A stretch of DNA of 64,000 bases from the NCBI GenBank assembly GCA_000934665.2, contig KZ538490.1, forward strand, positions 62,001 through 126,000, in the 5' to 3' direction. Source of the DNA: Catajapyx aquilonaris (taxonomy: Eukaryota). The position numbers and the translations under genes were made by a program. Positions 14,201 to 27,990 of the stretch are shown here, one piece after another (positions within the stretch are counted from its first letter, which is position 1; the number at the start of each line of letters is the position of its first letter). A model generated the notes under the pieces. The model was given only the letters and a program-made list of their open reading frames with translations, was not told the DNA's origin and ran no database searches.

Positions 14201-16685
14201 GGTGCAAATTAGCCGAAAAACTACAAAAAAATATTTTGGAAGCTTAAGCCCATAGACTCGACATTTAAAATAGTGCCCAAAGATTTTTAGAGAAATGTAT
14301 TCAGCTGACTGAATTACTGGAGTAAATTTTGTCTCAATTCAATTCCCATATCCACTGAAAAATTTGTAAGCGTAGAAAGAGCAAGTTGAGCAGAATAACA
14401 GCGCAAAATAATTTAGAGAGTAGTCCGAATATCCACCAAATTATTTAAAAATCGCACATTTCCCCGGCTAATTTGCAAATATGACACGACAAGCCCGTTT
14501 GAAGTTCCGATGATTCAAAATTTCCAGCGTGGTATTTACCTGGCAGGTAATACATATTTATTTGCATATTGCGGCCAGATATTTGTTATTTGCAGTTGTT
14601 TTTGTGTCAAATCCTCGCGGGAATGGTACAGGGGAATCGCTGAAAAATGTCCCGGCACGAACAATTTGTCTCCCCCCCTCTCGAAATCCCAGGGTCCCCT
14701 CACCCCTCCAGTTTGCAACCGTTTATGTAGCCGTGGACATAACAGGTTTTTGTCCCCGCCACAGGGACGTACGACACCACTTAATTTCCCCGCCATTTTA
14801 ATCCTCTTCATCGTTAATTAGCGCTTGCAGATCGCGCGGACTAATTTGGTGGGGCCCCGGTTTGGAAAAAGAGACAAGCTATGACGGAGAGACCTGGGCA
14901 TTAAAAAAACGAGAGTTTTTCAGTCAATGACAAAGCTGAAAAGGCAATGACAAACTAAAGGGGGAGGGATGGGGCGGGTTAATTTGATTCGTGTGTACAT
15001 CGGGAAGCCTGCGGTGGCGCACGCTGGCTCTTGAAATAGACAACTGAATCAGCAGATCAAACAGCACTTGGGCCTCCCATGTGCGCAGGGGACCCATGAA
15101 TTGAGGAAGAAATCTGGGTCCGGTATCATCCCATAGAAAATGCCGGAAAACGCGGGGGTTTCTGATACATGCTGCATGGAGTTATTGTCGCGGCCTTTTT
15201 TTTTTTTTTCGGGAGCCAGGAAAATCCCAGATATACCTAGTGCATTATGAAAAACCCCTTGGACGATTTGTCCTTTCCCTCCAGGCTATATGGAGTGCCG
15301 GGCTCTTTATAGGTGATAGGCTTCCACTTGTTTCCCGGCGATATCCACTGCGGGAGTGGGTGGTGGTGGGTGTATAGTGAGTGGATGGGGGGGGATTTAT
15401 ATTACTAAAAGGGACCGCATGATCTGACTGAGATATCGATTCCCTCTTTTCCAACCATATCGCCTTCTGTTGTATCCCATTTTGTCGATTACCTGATAAA
15501 TGCGTGTAATAGAGAACTTCCAGAATGGTCAGATTGCAACGCGTGCTGGTGAACCGCAAAGTGGTAGCTGGCAATATTTTATACTCGGAGAGAGGGATTT
15601 GTGCAGTTTGGCTGCGTATTATGTGCTCCTCTCTTTTTTTTTGCGAATTTTTTTAAAGGGGAATTGTGTGGGGGTAATATTTTCTGTGCGTATTTGGTGT
15701 TGAATGGGCAACAATATTGACGTATTGACTTCCACCCCTTCAGCTTCTTTGCCAGGGAGTAATTACTTTCGCACGAAGTCACGAATGCTGCTGAAAGGTC
15801 TATCTTGTGTGGGATTATTTGGCTTGATATTTTTATATTGTTTGCAGAATTAATGTGGTTGTGCGTAAATATGCGCTGAATTAAAATGTGGCGGGTATAT
15901 TGTCACAGATGAGTGCAGGCGATTTTAATAGAGTAAATAGCGGAGTTATGTTGATTTTGAGGGAGGGACAGATTTTTTTTCGGGTCGTATTTTTAATGAG
16001 GAAACATTGTTGACGCACGCTGTGTTAAGTAGTGCAGACCAGACTATTGTTATCGGGAGTTATTTTTGCAGTTTTATATGATTTGATTCCAATATGATTT
16101 GGAGTCAATACAGTATACGCGTATGTCGTGTTTTATACAGGGTGTTCAATTTGCAACGGATAGACTGAAATTTCAGTTATGCCCCGTAAATAACTGCCGA
16201 CACGCAAAAAATCGCAATGTTGGAACACACTATAGGGAGAATGCATGTAGCTATTTCCACGCTGCACAAATTATATGTCAAATTGAATTAATAATCCCGA
16301 CAGTCCCCTGTTGAAAAGTGGCAGTATTTTGCATGAACGGCTTTATTATTTAATCCAACTTGGCATGCAAAATAATATTGGGGTGAACCATTCGCTTATT
16401 TTCTTATTTTCATTACAATTTATCCTAACTGGTAGGTCTAACACACAACTCCCAATAGAGCGTGACGAGCAACAAATTCTGTAGAGAGCAATAACATGCA
16501 CGGTGCACTATTCCTATATCCAATAAACAGGGGCGAATTTACACAATTGGTGTAAATTTTATGCTGACGAAACTGGTTAGTTATTTTTCTATTATGCGCA
16601 TTTGTTCTGCTCTGGGAATTCAGTTATTATATTTTAAAATAGTGTGTTCGTAAAGGCTGGAAACAAAGTATGTACAATGAGGCTG

Positions 16686-16796
16686 AAATTGTTTTGGCCA
16701 CTTTATCCTGGTCTTGAAGCGACCCTTCACACACACACATTTCCTCACCGTGGGGCCTGTGAGAAGGGTTGCTTCAAGACCAGGCCAAAACAATTT
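16686..16796. repeat. Inverted repeat or long hairpin, 111 bp
   Basis: cctggtcttgaagcgacccttc (16707-16728) pairs with gaagggttgcttcaagaccagg (16763-16784) with one G-U. Outer aaattgttttgg pairs with ccaaaacaattt across a 9-nt bulge. Confidence 0.8.
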
Positions 16797-19049
16797 GAGC
16801 CCCATAGTACCTGACGACAGTTATTGTACTATATAGAGGAGCGACACACACTTCCTAAACAAAATTGCCATCGTGTCATGACCTCGACATTGAAACTCTC
16901 GGAGAAATCCGGTGTCAGTCTCCAGCTAGAAAAATGCTCTCAAGTTATGATAAGTGTTCCAATGAGCATAACGTAGGTAACTAAATGGGCTGTTGGGGGA
17001 TGTGGAGAGAGGGAAGAGTTGGGGTGGGAGGGGAAAAGGGGAGTGTTTAGGGGTGGTAATCTGGGCTTATCTCCCTCCTTGTAACCATCTCCCCCGCAAC
17101 CGTCACACTAAGACCCCCCTTGTGCCGACACCGCCGAGAGTGGGTCCAGGGGTTAATGAAGGTGGAATGAGATAATTAGTTCATTTCCGACTTTGGGGCT
17201 AACCGAGAAGATAGTCGGTAAGCGAGCCTTGGATTCTGGCCGTCGAAACATAATACAGAATGCCCAGGGCATGGCAGGGTGCTGCTAGGGAGAGAAGGGG
17301 TTGAAAAGACGCATTTTTTTTTTTCTGAAATAGATAAAAAGAGCTGGGTTTTTTTTGATTATAATCCGGGTTTCCCCTGCACTGTGCTTCCGTTATGGGA
17401 GGGGAAAGGAGGAAAGATAGGCCATTTTTACCTCCTTTTCACAAAATAGCCGTCTCTTTTGGGGATGATGCTGGTTGTTCAGTTTTTGAATCGAGCGCGC
17501 GATTAGTCCGATACGATTGGCCCAATCCGATTCATACAAGGCGAGAATCTTTTGTGAAATTCAGGTTAGATTAGGTCGCACACTTCCGAAACAATGCTCA
17601 TTTTGTGTGCTCCTTTCTCAATATTGCGGGCTGCGATAAAAAGGCGTCGGTGGCCGGGGGTTCGATAAGCGACAATGCTGCTTGCGTAAAGTGTTCATTT
17701 GCGATTCCGACCGTCCATTTAATCCGGCTTTGGCCCCCTTGTCGTATAAGACACGCCTTTTTCGGTGGGAGGTTGTAATTATTTGAGCATTTTAGCCAGG
17801 GCATGCGGAGTGACATTTTCAGTGCGGGTCAGGCCCCTCTCACTGTTACAACCCGCTCAATCATTTAGCGTGTAGTGCCCCGGCTAGTGGGATCCACTAA
17901 CGCTGCGGTCACACGGCGATACTTGACGTTAGTTGGTAGCAAGCCTGGCTCATTATGAAGTAAAAGAGCTGCTGTTGCTTGGAGCGCAGGTGTTGGAACA
18001 AGGACAGAGGAGAGCATGCCTGAGACCACCGGGAAACCTCTTTTTACAGCTACGGAGCTGGGAAAGCTAGAGTATAGTTCATTTTCGCCCATAAATTGAG
18101 ACGGAAACATTTGAGGAGTTGATTTGGGTATGCAACAGCGGGCGCCATCTTGGTTCGGATGTGTTTGGTGCTAGCCGCAATGTTTTCCCATAAGAAAACG
18201 GGCAAATTGCCTCAAAAGGAGCCACAAACTGTTGAGAGTCAATGCATGAAGCGGGCGCCATTTTCCGGGTGTACAAGAAGGCGGAATTTTTGCGAGAAGA
18301 CTCTGGGGGAAGGGTAAAAATAATCGGGCAGGATTCGGTCGGAGTCCGCGGTGTGGCCACCACCGTCGGCGTGGTGGCGTCGAAATGAATAAGAAAACCA
18401 CCCCCGGTAGCCTTCCCCTCCTCCCAGTCGGGCAGCAGGTGACCCTGGGTAACGTGCGACACCTTTACATGATGTTATATTTAAGTGGCCTGTCCGCAGG
18501 AGAGGTTTTTGGGGTTAAGTGTGGGTGGGCCGCTGCCACTTCTCGCCAGCCCAGAACTGCCAGGGTTTGGGGCCTGGCTCCGTGTTGCGCAAATGGACTT
18601 TGGGTGTCGGAAGGTAGTCCTGTCAGACCTCAAACGTTGTACTCTTGCCCAATCGGGGGTGGAGGGAAGGGGGAGAAGGGGGAGGCAACGGGTGTTACTG
18701 TTCCGTTTTAATGCCCACCTCTATACAGTCGCCGGATTCTTAAGGATTCGGCTCAATGCGATGTACTGCGGGTTTAAATCACGCGGCGTGGCATGGGAAG
18801 GGGGGACTTTTTGCTTAGTTTCGTAAAGCTCGCCTCTGAATATACCGGTGATAGGTTACTCCATGTTAATAAATTTGAAATTAAATTCGTGAAACATCCA
18901 CCATACTTTTGTACAAAAAGTAGCGTCATTGTATTAGTCAAAGCATCACGAATTTTCGGAATTTTTGTTGGGCAATAAAATTTTTAAATACATTTTCAAT
19001 CACTGATATCGTCCGAAGTAGTTATTTTTTGTGTAGCTTGTTGTGCCGC

Positions 19050-19176
19050 GATCCAGATCTAGCAGTGGCTATATAGAATCGGGGAACAACAATCTACAAA
19101 AATATAACAGCTTTGAGCGAAATTTCCTCTAGCTATAACTATTATAAAATGCCCCACGACCTTGGAACACCCTGTA
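19050..19176 (-). mobile_element. Possible Tc1/mariner-type transposon end
   Basis: gaacaccctg|ta at 19165-19176 is TA-CAGGGTGTTC on the minus strand, a common Tc1/mariner terminus. A matching TA-CAGGGTGTTC lies at 16136-16147 on the + strand. Inner boundary is approximate. Confidence 0.4.
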
Positions 19177-22100
19177 TTTGCACCTAACATGACAATTTGA
19201 TTAATTATTCAATTATGTATAGGAATTGACACATAATCATTCATTTTCGAGTTGAAACGACCGGTCCTCTCAAGTAGGCTAGTTATTTCCTACACTTTAA
19301 AAAAGTTTTAAATGGGTTGTTTGATAAAATGTACAAAACTAATTCCTACATGGATACGGTAATGAAATAATTTGTGTCGAGATGATCTTAACTTTCAACA
19401 TGTGGCCCTGAAAAGATTTCTGTACCGTCGAGTGGCCCGCGAGAAATTCCTCTGCAAAAAGAGTAAGCCTTCCATGTTCTGATCCAGGTATACACTTATT
19501 TGAATATAATTTACCTGACCAAATGTTAAAGCCGCTTGACAAATCTTAAGCCTCGGGAAGGGGACTAAGCGGGATGCTATAATAGGGTCTGTAGTGCACA
19601 CTTGAACTCGTGCCATTGCAGCCCATCCTGGGAATTAAGGGCTATCGGCCATTTCGAGCAGTAAGGATTGAGGCCTGGAGTAGGCTCATGTGGATGCCTG
19701 GCATATATATATATAGGGAAGGGGAATGTGTGGCAGCAGCTGGGGGGATGGGGGGTATGAGCTGTTGATTTTCATGTGCAGCTGTGGGCCACTGTTTAAA
19801 CTCTATGATATAACAGTGTGCCGGGCTATAATATGGCCGGCCGGGCGTGGTAGCCCCGGCATAATTTGATATGACATATTGTAACCCCGTGTGGGCACTG
19901 CGATTAAGCTCTTTCCATCAAACGGGCGGTCTGGTTTCAACTGTCAGCTGACACGTGGAACTGCCGTTGTCAAGAAGTGCCCATGAAAAATGCAAGATAG
20001 AGCGTCACTCTCTTCTTCTTTTTTTGGCAGCAGCAGGGTGCACGGGGGGTGATTTCGTTTTTAACATTATATGGTGCGATAGGCATGTAACCAACATGAC
20101 ATGCTGATTATGCCGAAAATATTAGGTTGTAGCAAGTTGCTTATTAGAAATTGAGCTAATTTCTGCACCACCTTGTACCCTGTGACATGGTGTTGGATTT
20201 GAGGTGTACCCTCCATGCCTTCCTCTCAGAAGCTGCGTCTCTCTTTTCCCTCAGCATCCCCTCATCTCTTCCCTCTCTCTCGGTCGCCTGCTCCTCTCCT
20301 GGGACCCCTGATTCAATAACCAAACGCCAGAAGTTGGCCGCTTAATGAATTACAGTTTGCTAAACATTGGGCAAGGGACTAGTTAACGCTAGTTAACACG
20401 GAGGTGATTTTCATACTAAAGAAATTACTATTTCTAACGTGGCGGGCCTCTTAATCGTAATCAAGATTATCAAGGCCCGGCTGGCGAAATAATAAATTCT
20501 GGTGGCGGCGGATGGTGGAGGGGGGGAATCCTATTGATCCGTGAACGCTAATGAAGTGTTATGGCCCTGAATTTTGTTCGGCGTATAAATTAAAAACGCT
20601 AATTGGTGTCTGCAAGACGGGTTTGGAGGTATTCTGCGCCGAGGAAGCTGCTGCTACTCGAAACGGGTGACATTTCCCCAAAACTGGGGAGGGATGAAAA
20701 TTTCATAAGCTGATGCATTATGGGCATTGAGTTTATGTGTAATAATTTACCTGCTGGGGCGATTTGCGTATGTGGCGGAATGTGTTCCATTTTTCATCTG
20801 TTATTAATGGGAATAATTGAGGCGTTTTGGGGGGAAATGGTCATAAGCCACATTGAAAATGTTACAAAGCGGTTTATTTTTAAAATGTTAAATATCGGGG
20901 GGTTCTCCTAATTTAACTATTGAAATAAAATGGGGCGCAAATGACCCAGGATTTGCATGTCTTTGCCGAGCCATGCAAATCGGATTTGAGGTAGAGGGCA
21001 AATGAAATGCGGTGTATGTGGCGCGATATATCACGGGACGAGTTTAAAAAGTCCATAAACGCTGCTGAAATTTTTGTAGCGATTAGTGCAACAATTCACT
21101 GCCGCAATATTAGAGATGCAGTAGATTTTTTTCAAATAAATTAGGGAAATATAAATATTTGATAGAACAGCGCTATCGGAATATTCCATGTTTATATTAT
21201 TAAAAGTATAGAAATAAATGGGAAAATATTGATACATAGAGCAGCAATTTATTGCTTCAATATTGGTAATACAGTATACTGTAGTTTGTATATCGGAAAT
21301 AGTATATCGGAAATAGCGAAATAACGTTATTTATTGACAGAACGGTAATTTCAGAAATAAAATTTATGGGTGGAATTTTCGTCGCACTGCTAGTTACGTA
21401 ATGCTAACTTAGCAGTACCTAGCAGTTAGACGAAAATTCGACCCCATTTTTTAACGGTATTAAAAATAAAATAATGCGAAAATTTTGTGTGTGGAGTGGT
21501 TTAAGCGCAGTCGGAATACTGCAGAATTTTGGTGTTGGAATATGAGTAAAATAAAGCTGATTTTTTTTTTTTTTTTGTCAGACCTGATTTACCAGTTCTT
21601 CCGGAATATTCCAGAAAGAATTATTTTTATGATGTAATATGGTAGCAGATCATGTTTTATTGCCACATTATTCCAGAAATCCGTCCAAAAAAGTATATGA
21701 AACTTAACTACACCGCACTCACCACAAGGCAGGGATCGACAAAAAAAAGAGGGTACTACACCCCCTGCTAACAAACAGTAATTGAGGCTGACAACAATTT
21801 CGATTTAGAGGCAAAGTGCTGATTATGGGGGCACAGACACTGGTCTATTTAATCCGTGACAGGATACAGAGGGTCGGTAATGTGCCGACCATGACAGGAG
21901 AAGCGGTCGACAATTTTTTTTTTTTCCCCCTGACTTTTTTTTTTCCAGTACGTGTGTGCCGATGGAGCTGGGGCAACAGTGAGGGAGAGAGATTTAATGT
22001 GACGATTCCGATGGCGCATAAATAGTCCGGTCGTGCGTGGGAAAATTTCAGGAATCATTTTGGTGCGGAGTAAAAAGCGGGGTTCCTCATTTGAAGGGAT

Positions 22101-25094
22101 GACAGGTGGGCAGGCATCGGATTCAAACCAGAAATTGCAGTAAGTTGTCAAACAGATTTGGGGGACACAGGCGTCGATTACTGTCAATGATTTAGCACTT
22201 AAAATAGCGGGGATTCGAAGGGGTGGCGAGATGGATGTTCCTGTCATTTAATACTGAATGGTGTAATGGCCAAAAGCAGTCGGGGGGTGTGGGTTTTTTT
22301 TGCGTCATAGGTTGGAGCTATTTTGGATGGATTGCATGTTGGAATTTTTGATCTGAAGAATTGATTGAAAGTTGATAAGTTAAAACCGGTTGGTAAATTT
22401 GCCTCGTGTCTTATGCCAATGGATATCGGTGACGAATCGACGTTTTAGATCAAAATAATTTCTGCAATAATTCCACAAATTATAACAAAATAAGTTTTTT
22501 CTTCCCCTCCTGACATATAGACAACCATAGAACACTGTTTATTAAGCATGTAGTGCACACCTAAGCTGGTATATAAGTCTAGTAAAAAACTAGAATAACT
22601 GGCCTGTTGGCGGTACTAAAACTTCGGGCAGTAATAAGTCAAAAAATTATGCGGGTAACTTTTTGGCTATTAATATCGGAAGTTTTTTTTTTTTGCTTCT
22701 TAGTAGCAAATTGAAATAATATGCGCTTCGAGCTGATTGACCGCTAGCACCAAATTTTACTTGATTACTTTGTGGTTCAAAGTTCTTAACTTATGTTGCT
22801 GTTGCTGGATTACTTATCCGCACTGCGTTACTGTGGGTAGTAGATTCATTAGAAATAGTAAAAAGTTAATGTGAAGTTGCAGCTGTTGAAAACTTAGTGC
22901 AACTGATTCTGGGCTAGTTTTGCCCGAGGTTAACAACTACTAAAGCTCGAATAGGTTGTAATTAATTCTATGTACTGTACATATCTCAGTTTGGTAATTA
23001 TTTTGCGCTTGGTAATTCCGGTACCAGATTTGTTTAGAAATAATTCTAACTCAAATGATTGCAAGTTGCAGTTTCCGGGTCAAGAATACTGACTTTGATG
23101 GTTGATGTGACAATTTCCGGCTAATTTCCCAGTCAAAAGGACAGGAGGACCCGAAAAACAAACACCCGGATTCCCTAATGTCGAGAGGAAAAGTTGCGAG
23201 TTTAGAGTTGGGTGGTGGGGTGGCCGTTAAAAAGCTTAAGCTAGGAATCAATTTTCGCTAGGGGGTGGGGGTTGAGGAATTATTGTGATTGCTAGTTGAA
23301 CAGTCACGACGGAACCTACAAGTAGGTGGAATTTCTGAGAATCTGCATGACAAAGTGAGGCCACTTTTCGTCGGGTCAGAGAGTACACGCAGGGAAGAGA
23401 CTGCATGCATATTGGGCTAATGAGGCCGTTGGTTTTGCTGATTGCTGGCGGGGACCAGATTCAAATTCCGCAGGAGCACTTCGTGTTTGCCTTGCCGTTA
23501 ATTTTACCATTTTGTAGCCTTACGTTCGAAAGTAAACAAACCTACCACCCCCTTTGCCTCACCCCCCAACCAGACCCAAGTTCAGGACACAAAAGTTTCA
23601 AGGGGAGTGGATAATTTCGCATCGCAATTTGCAAAATTATACGGGTCCCGAGCTGTGTGTACCGGAGGTGCCGTCTTATAGGGCGCTGCTTCGTTGGGCA
23701 TAAGCAAGACTCCGGAGGCCCCGGGAATTGGACTCCGGAGGGGTGTGCTGGAGAGGGTGGGGGGTTTGGCAAACAGGCGGGGACTCTTGCCGCCCCCCGA
23801 ACCTTTTTGGGTAGGGGGGAAGTGTCGGGGCGTGATTATAATGTTGCGGCACAAAATTAGGTGCCAGGTAGACCGGTTCGAGCAGTTTGTGTCGTTTGAT
23901 GTCGCGGCGGGGTTGAAATTGGGTGGCATATCATATAGGTGGCGCTGATGTGCCTGGCGTACATCGCTTACGCCACGTAGCGGGCTAGAATATGCGGTTT
24001 AATTGTTCTCTCTAGGTCTATAGGCCCTGTTAGCATCTGATATCTCTGAAATATCTCTGCAACTCGCAAACCTTAGCGACTTTTTTGTCATTAAGCTCCT
24101 CATTACATTTCGAGGGAGACGGCAATATGGAATGTAATGGACACTTCCTTTTGATCAGGGAAGTATCTAGCCGCCGCGCCGCAATGTTCTCCTTGGATTC
24201 AATCAAACTGGGGCATTTCCAATGCTTTAAGTTCGAAAATACATTGGCAATTGGGAGCCTAGCGGGATACGATTATAGTTACAGGGAAAATTATTGACAA
24301 TCACTACAAATGAAAACAAAGCCTACTACAATAATCGCCAGCTTCAACGCAGATAATAAATGTGTATCATGCGAATCTGCTCGTATGCGACATAGAATGT
24401 ATTTTAAGACTATCAGACTACACAGCGAAATATACTGCTATACAGTATACGATGACTGCAAATTATTCGATTGAGCTAGTCTAGATGCTTTTGGACAGTA
24501 CCGTAGAAGTTGTAAACGGAACTGCGGCCTTCTGAAATAACCGGTACACTTTTATAAGCTATTTTGCGAGTAAATTTTATAATCGCGGCAGTGTATACGT
24601 TTCAGTTATTAAATATTTAAAGCTACTAACTCGACTGCGATACCCCGGCTATAGGGCAGCTGTGATTATTTTAGCCGGCAACCCGTGCCCTATAGAGTTG
24701 CATCCCAATATCTTCTCCATAAGGAGAAATTGAATTACATTGCGATGAGAATTAATGTCGGGCCCAAATGGCCCTCCCCCTTCTCTCCTCCTCTCCCCTC
24801 TACTCCCGCTCCCCTTTTATTGAGCCGCATCTTTTCCCTCTTGTTCGGTTTAAGAAACCGTGTCTAAGCAAGTAAGCCAAACTCATGCTGCTTTGCATTG
24901 TAATAACACAGCAGATTGCTCTGTCTGAAGTTTCCCTAGAGGAGAAACGTATATACGGTCCAATTTTGGTGCATCAAAATTAATTTCAGTCATTGAACGG
25001 TGGGACACAGAATAGCCTGAAGGCTCTTGGAGGAAACCCTTGTCGGCAGCAGCTAGTACATCGCATTTATTTTTGAGGGGGGTGGGGGGGGGGC

Positions 25095-25105
25095 NNNNNN
25101 NNNNN
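25095..25105. other. Assembly gap (11 N)
   Basis: Run of N within a G-rich tract. Confidence 0.99.
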
Positions 25106-26901
25106 GGGGGGAATTATCGATGCTGTGCTGGTAAGCTAATTAAATCGTGAGGTATATGGGAAATGACTGTCATGTTTAGGCCCCTGCACCACAATAGTTC
25201 TCTTTGGGCCCGTTTGTATCTCTGGAATGCTGCGGCCACTGCAGGTCTCCGGGTATGCACCAACTATGTGGACAAAGTTTGGACTTCCGCCCACTCTCGA
25301 CCCCTTCCGGCCCTCGCCTAAAAAAAAGGAAGGGAGGGGGGGTTTAGGCACCGGGTACCACCAACGAATATGTCAAGCCAGGGGAAGAGTTCAAGACGCG
25401 GGTCGGAATACTATTCGGCCTGTTTCAACATAGGCCCGGTACACTTAATATGCCGAGTCTCGTGGAATGGGCTTATTAAGAAGCTAATAGTCGAGGTACC
25501 CATGATGGCTTCGTGGCTTATCAATTCTAGTGCCTTCCGTCTTGGGTAGGAGGGACCTATATGACGTCCATATTTTCGGTATCCACTTGCACATTTAATT
25601 AATAGACCATTTTGTCCTCTAGTGTTCTAAAAAAAATCTTTATAGTCGGCAGTCACCTGCATTAATTTTTTTTAAAGGAAGGGCGAGCTGCCTTTCAGGA
25701 CAATTAGGAAAAATGTACCTGGAGTGATTTAATTTCCTGCAGGACATCAAAAGTTTTTTTGATCCAATTAGGATTTTAATGACTGCTGGCTGAAAGCGCT
25801 TCCCCCTACGAATAATTTTCGGGAGGACGTACTACAGGGGAAGAGGCTAAGGATTTTGAAACTTTGAGCCGTTCGGAGAGCAGAATCGCACGTCTGGGAT
25901 TGGCCTGGGTCCCCCTGTACCTGCTGCTGCCTACCTTCCTACCTAAACTGTAATGACTCAAGTGCAGTGATTTCCGGCCAGGTTTTTCTCTCAGGGGAGG
26001 TTCTTGCCAATAGATCAATTCTTCCCCATTTGACATCTGAATAAAAATCACACCATGGAAATATCATTAGGGTGCAAACCAAACCTCCTCTCGATCTTGT
26101 AAATAATGCATGCCATCCCTGGTCAATAAAACAATAAAAGTAACACCCAACTTTGTAATTCAGCATTTAGATGAGCAAATAAGGGTAGGCCTCTTCCTCC
26201 TCCACCACCACCTCCCCCTCCCCCCATTGATTATTGGATGTGATATTAGACTTTGTAATGCACGCGAAATATGATGTCGGGTCCATGGGAAACTCCTTAA
26301 TGGAACGCGATTTCAACATCTTGTTTCCTATGCATGACAGAGCAAGACAATGTGGGTCCCGGTTGGAATTTCAAAGCCCCTGTGAGAGTACAAAGGGATC
26401 CCCGACACCCCCTTGGCCCAGGACGAGTTCTTGGGGAATAGGGGAAACTGCAAAGAAAACAGAAAGAATGGGGGAAGGAGCAACGGGGGCGCAGTGGGGG
26501 GACACGCTCAAGACGTCTTCTTTTCAAGGAGGGGGGGTTGGGTGGAGGGGGAGTCCCTACCAAGGAGGCTCCTCCCTTATAATTAGAGGGAAAGATTCAG
26601 GATAGCGAGAGATAAGAGATAGACGAGGGTGCCGCTAGATCAGGGCGGGCAAATAAGGACTAAGTTTTCAGAAGGAGGGAGGAGGGGTGGAAGAAAGGGC
26701 AAAGTGCGGGAAGATTTCCCTTCCGATGCTCTTACGTGCTGATAAGGGTGTTAGTGGGTCAGGAACCGGAAGAATCGGGGGATAATATGCTTCTTTGAAA
26801 GCGGGAGGAGGGAATTTTTTGGTCTTTTTGGGTGTAACTAAGAGGATGGTGGCTGCCACAACTTTTGCAAGTGTGTAAACTGGTGATGAAGCGTGATTGT
26901 G

Positions 26902-26936
26902 TATTAATGTGTGTCCTCTCTTCTTTACAGGTAAGT
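26902..26936 (+). promoter_or_regulatory. Candidate recursive splice site (ratchet point)
   Basis: tattaat (branch-point-like), then gtgtgt, cctctcttcttt (pyrimidine tract) and acag|GTAAGT: a 3' splice site directly abutting a perfect 5' splice site at 26930/26931, on the host gene's strand. Confidence 0.72.
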
Positions 26937-27789
26937 CCTGACTGATGCATTGTCAAGGGCTTAATTCTGCCATGGGAACTTTCGCTAACGCTTTAGTCAA
27001 GTCAGGTAGGGTCAGGTAATGCCCCCCTCTTTTACCAAAAAAGACGGAGCCGATGTAACAACCCTTCCTCTCTGCAAAATTTGGCAAACTAAGTGCACAA
27101 TGTCATTAATACGGTGCCATGCATCAGTGTCGTATAGGTAAGCTCCTACATGTATCAAGTTGAAATTAATTATTCACGCATGCCCGTGGTTAATATCGAG
27201 GGCCCACCCAAACTTGAGCATTTTGACCCAGATTTTGGAGGTTTGTTTGGGGAATCGCAGAAGGCAAAAAGCTTGGCTGGCATCGTTTAGCCCAGTGGTG
27301 GCGGTACCTTGAGTAATTGCGTCCGGTCATGCAGAACGTCCAGGGGGGCCATTGTAATCAGTCTGGTCCTGCCCGTGGCGACACCGAACTCGTCGAGAAT
27401 CGGGTATCGGTCCCTGCACACTCCGTCCCATCCATTGTTAGCTTTTTCCCTCACTGGCGGCCATCTTGGCTCAGATGGACCACGAAAAGGCGGAGGATCA
27501 ACCTGCGATTCGTTCCGCCCTATTGTACCGCCATGTCGTGATGGCATTGCACAATCACGGGTGCATGCAGGTACCATGCACCACGGAGTGATATTGCCCA
27601 TCGAAGCCGCCGTCGCGTCGCCACCTTTAGTGAAATATGTCATCGACCTGGTATAGGCGGGCCTAACCGATATAGCTGCTAGCTACGGCTGCTATAAATT
27701 AGCTGCTAGAGAAATTGTAACCACTAGTCGGCATTTGGCTTCATGGGAATCAGACATTATAATCCGATGAGCCTCCAATGAAATCATGA

Positions 27790-27990
27790 CCAAGCGACGA
27801 ATGAATTTAGAACATTATGTGTGGCACCGTTACGAACGGTCACTATAAGAAGGACCGTGAGGGAAGGAAGCGGCCTTGGCCATTTTGGACAGGAAACCAT
27901 CCCTGGAATTGATGTGGAGAAACACACACGGATGGTCGGCTCCCCGTATTCGAACCCAGGATCTCCCGAATGGCAGCCAGAACAATCGGA
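27790..27990 (-). mobile_element. tRNA-derived SINE fragment (boundaries approximate)
   Basis: The minus strand reads ctggctgccattcgggagatcctgGGTTCGAATAC, a Pol III B-box in T-arm-like context (27946-27956). The body ggaaggaagcggccttggcc...atccctggaatt resembles arthropod tRNA-SINE bodies (recalled, not searched). The A-box is not recognisable. Confidence 0.6.

Noticed and set aside
16136..19176. A single 3-kb Tc1/mariner element bounded by TA-CAGGGTGTTC ends
   Set aside because: Inverted identity is only about 12 bp, there is no transposase ORF, and the interior resembles ordinary intron; more likely two independent fragments.
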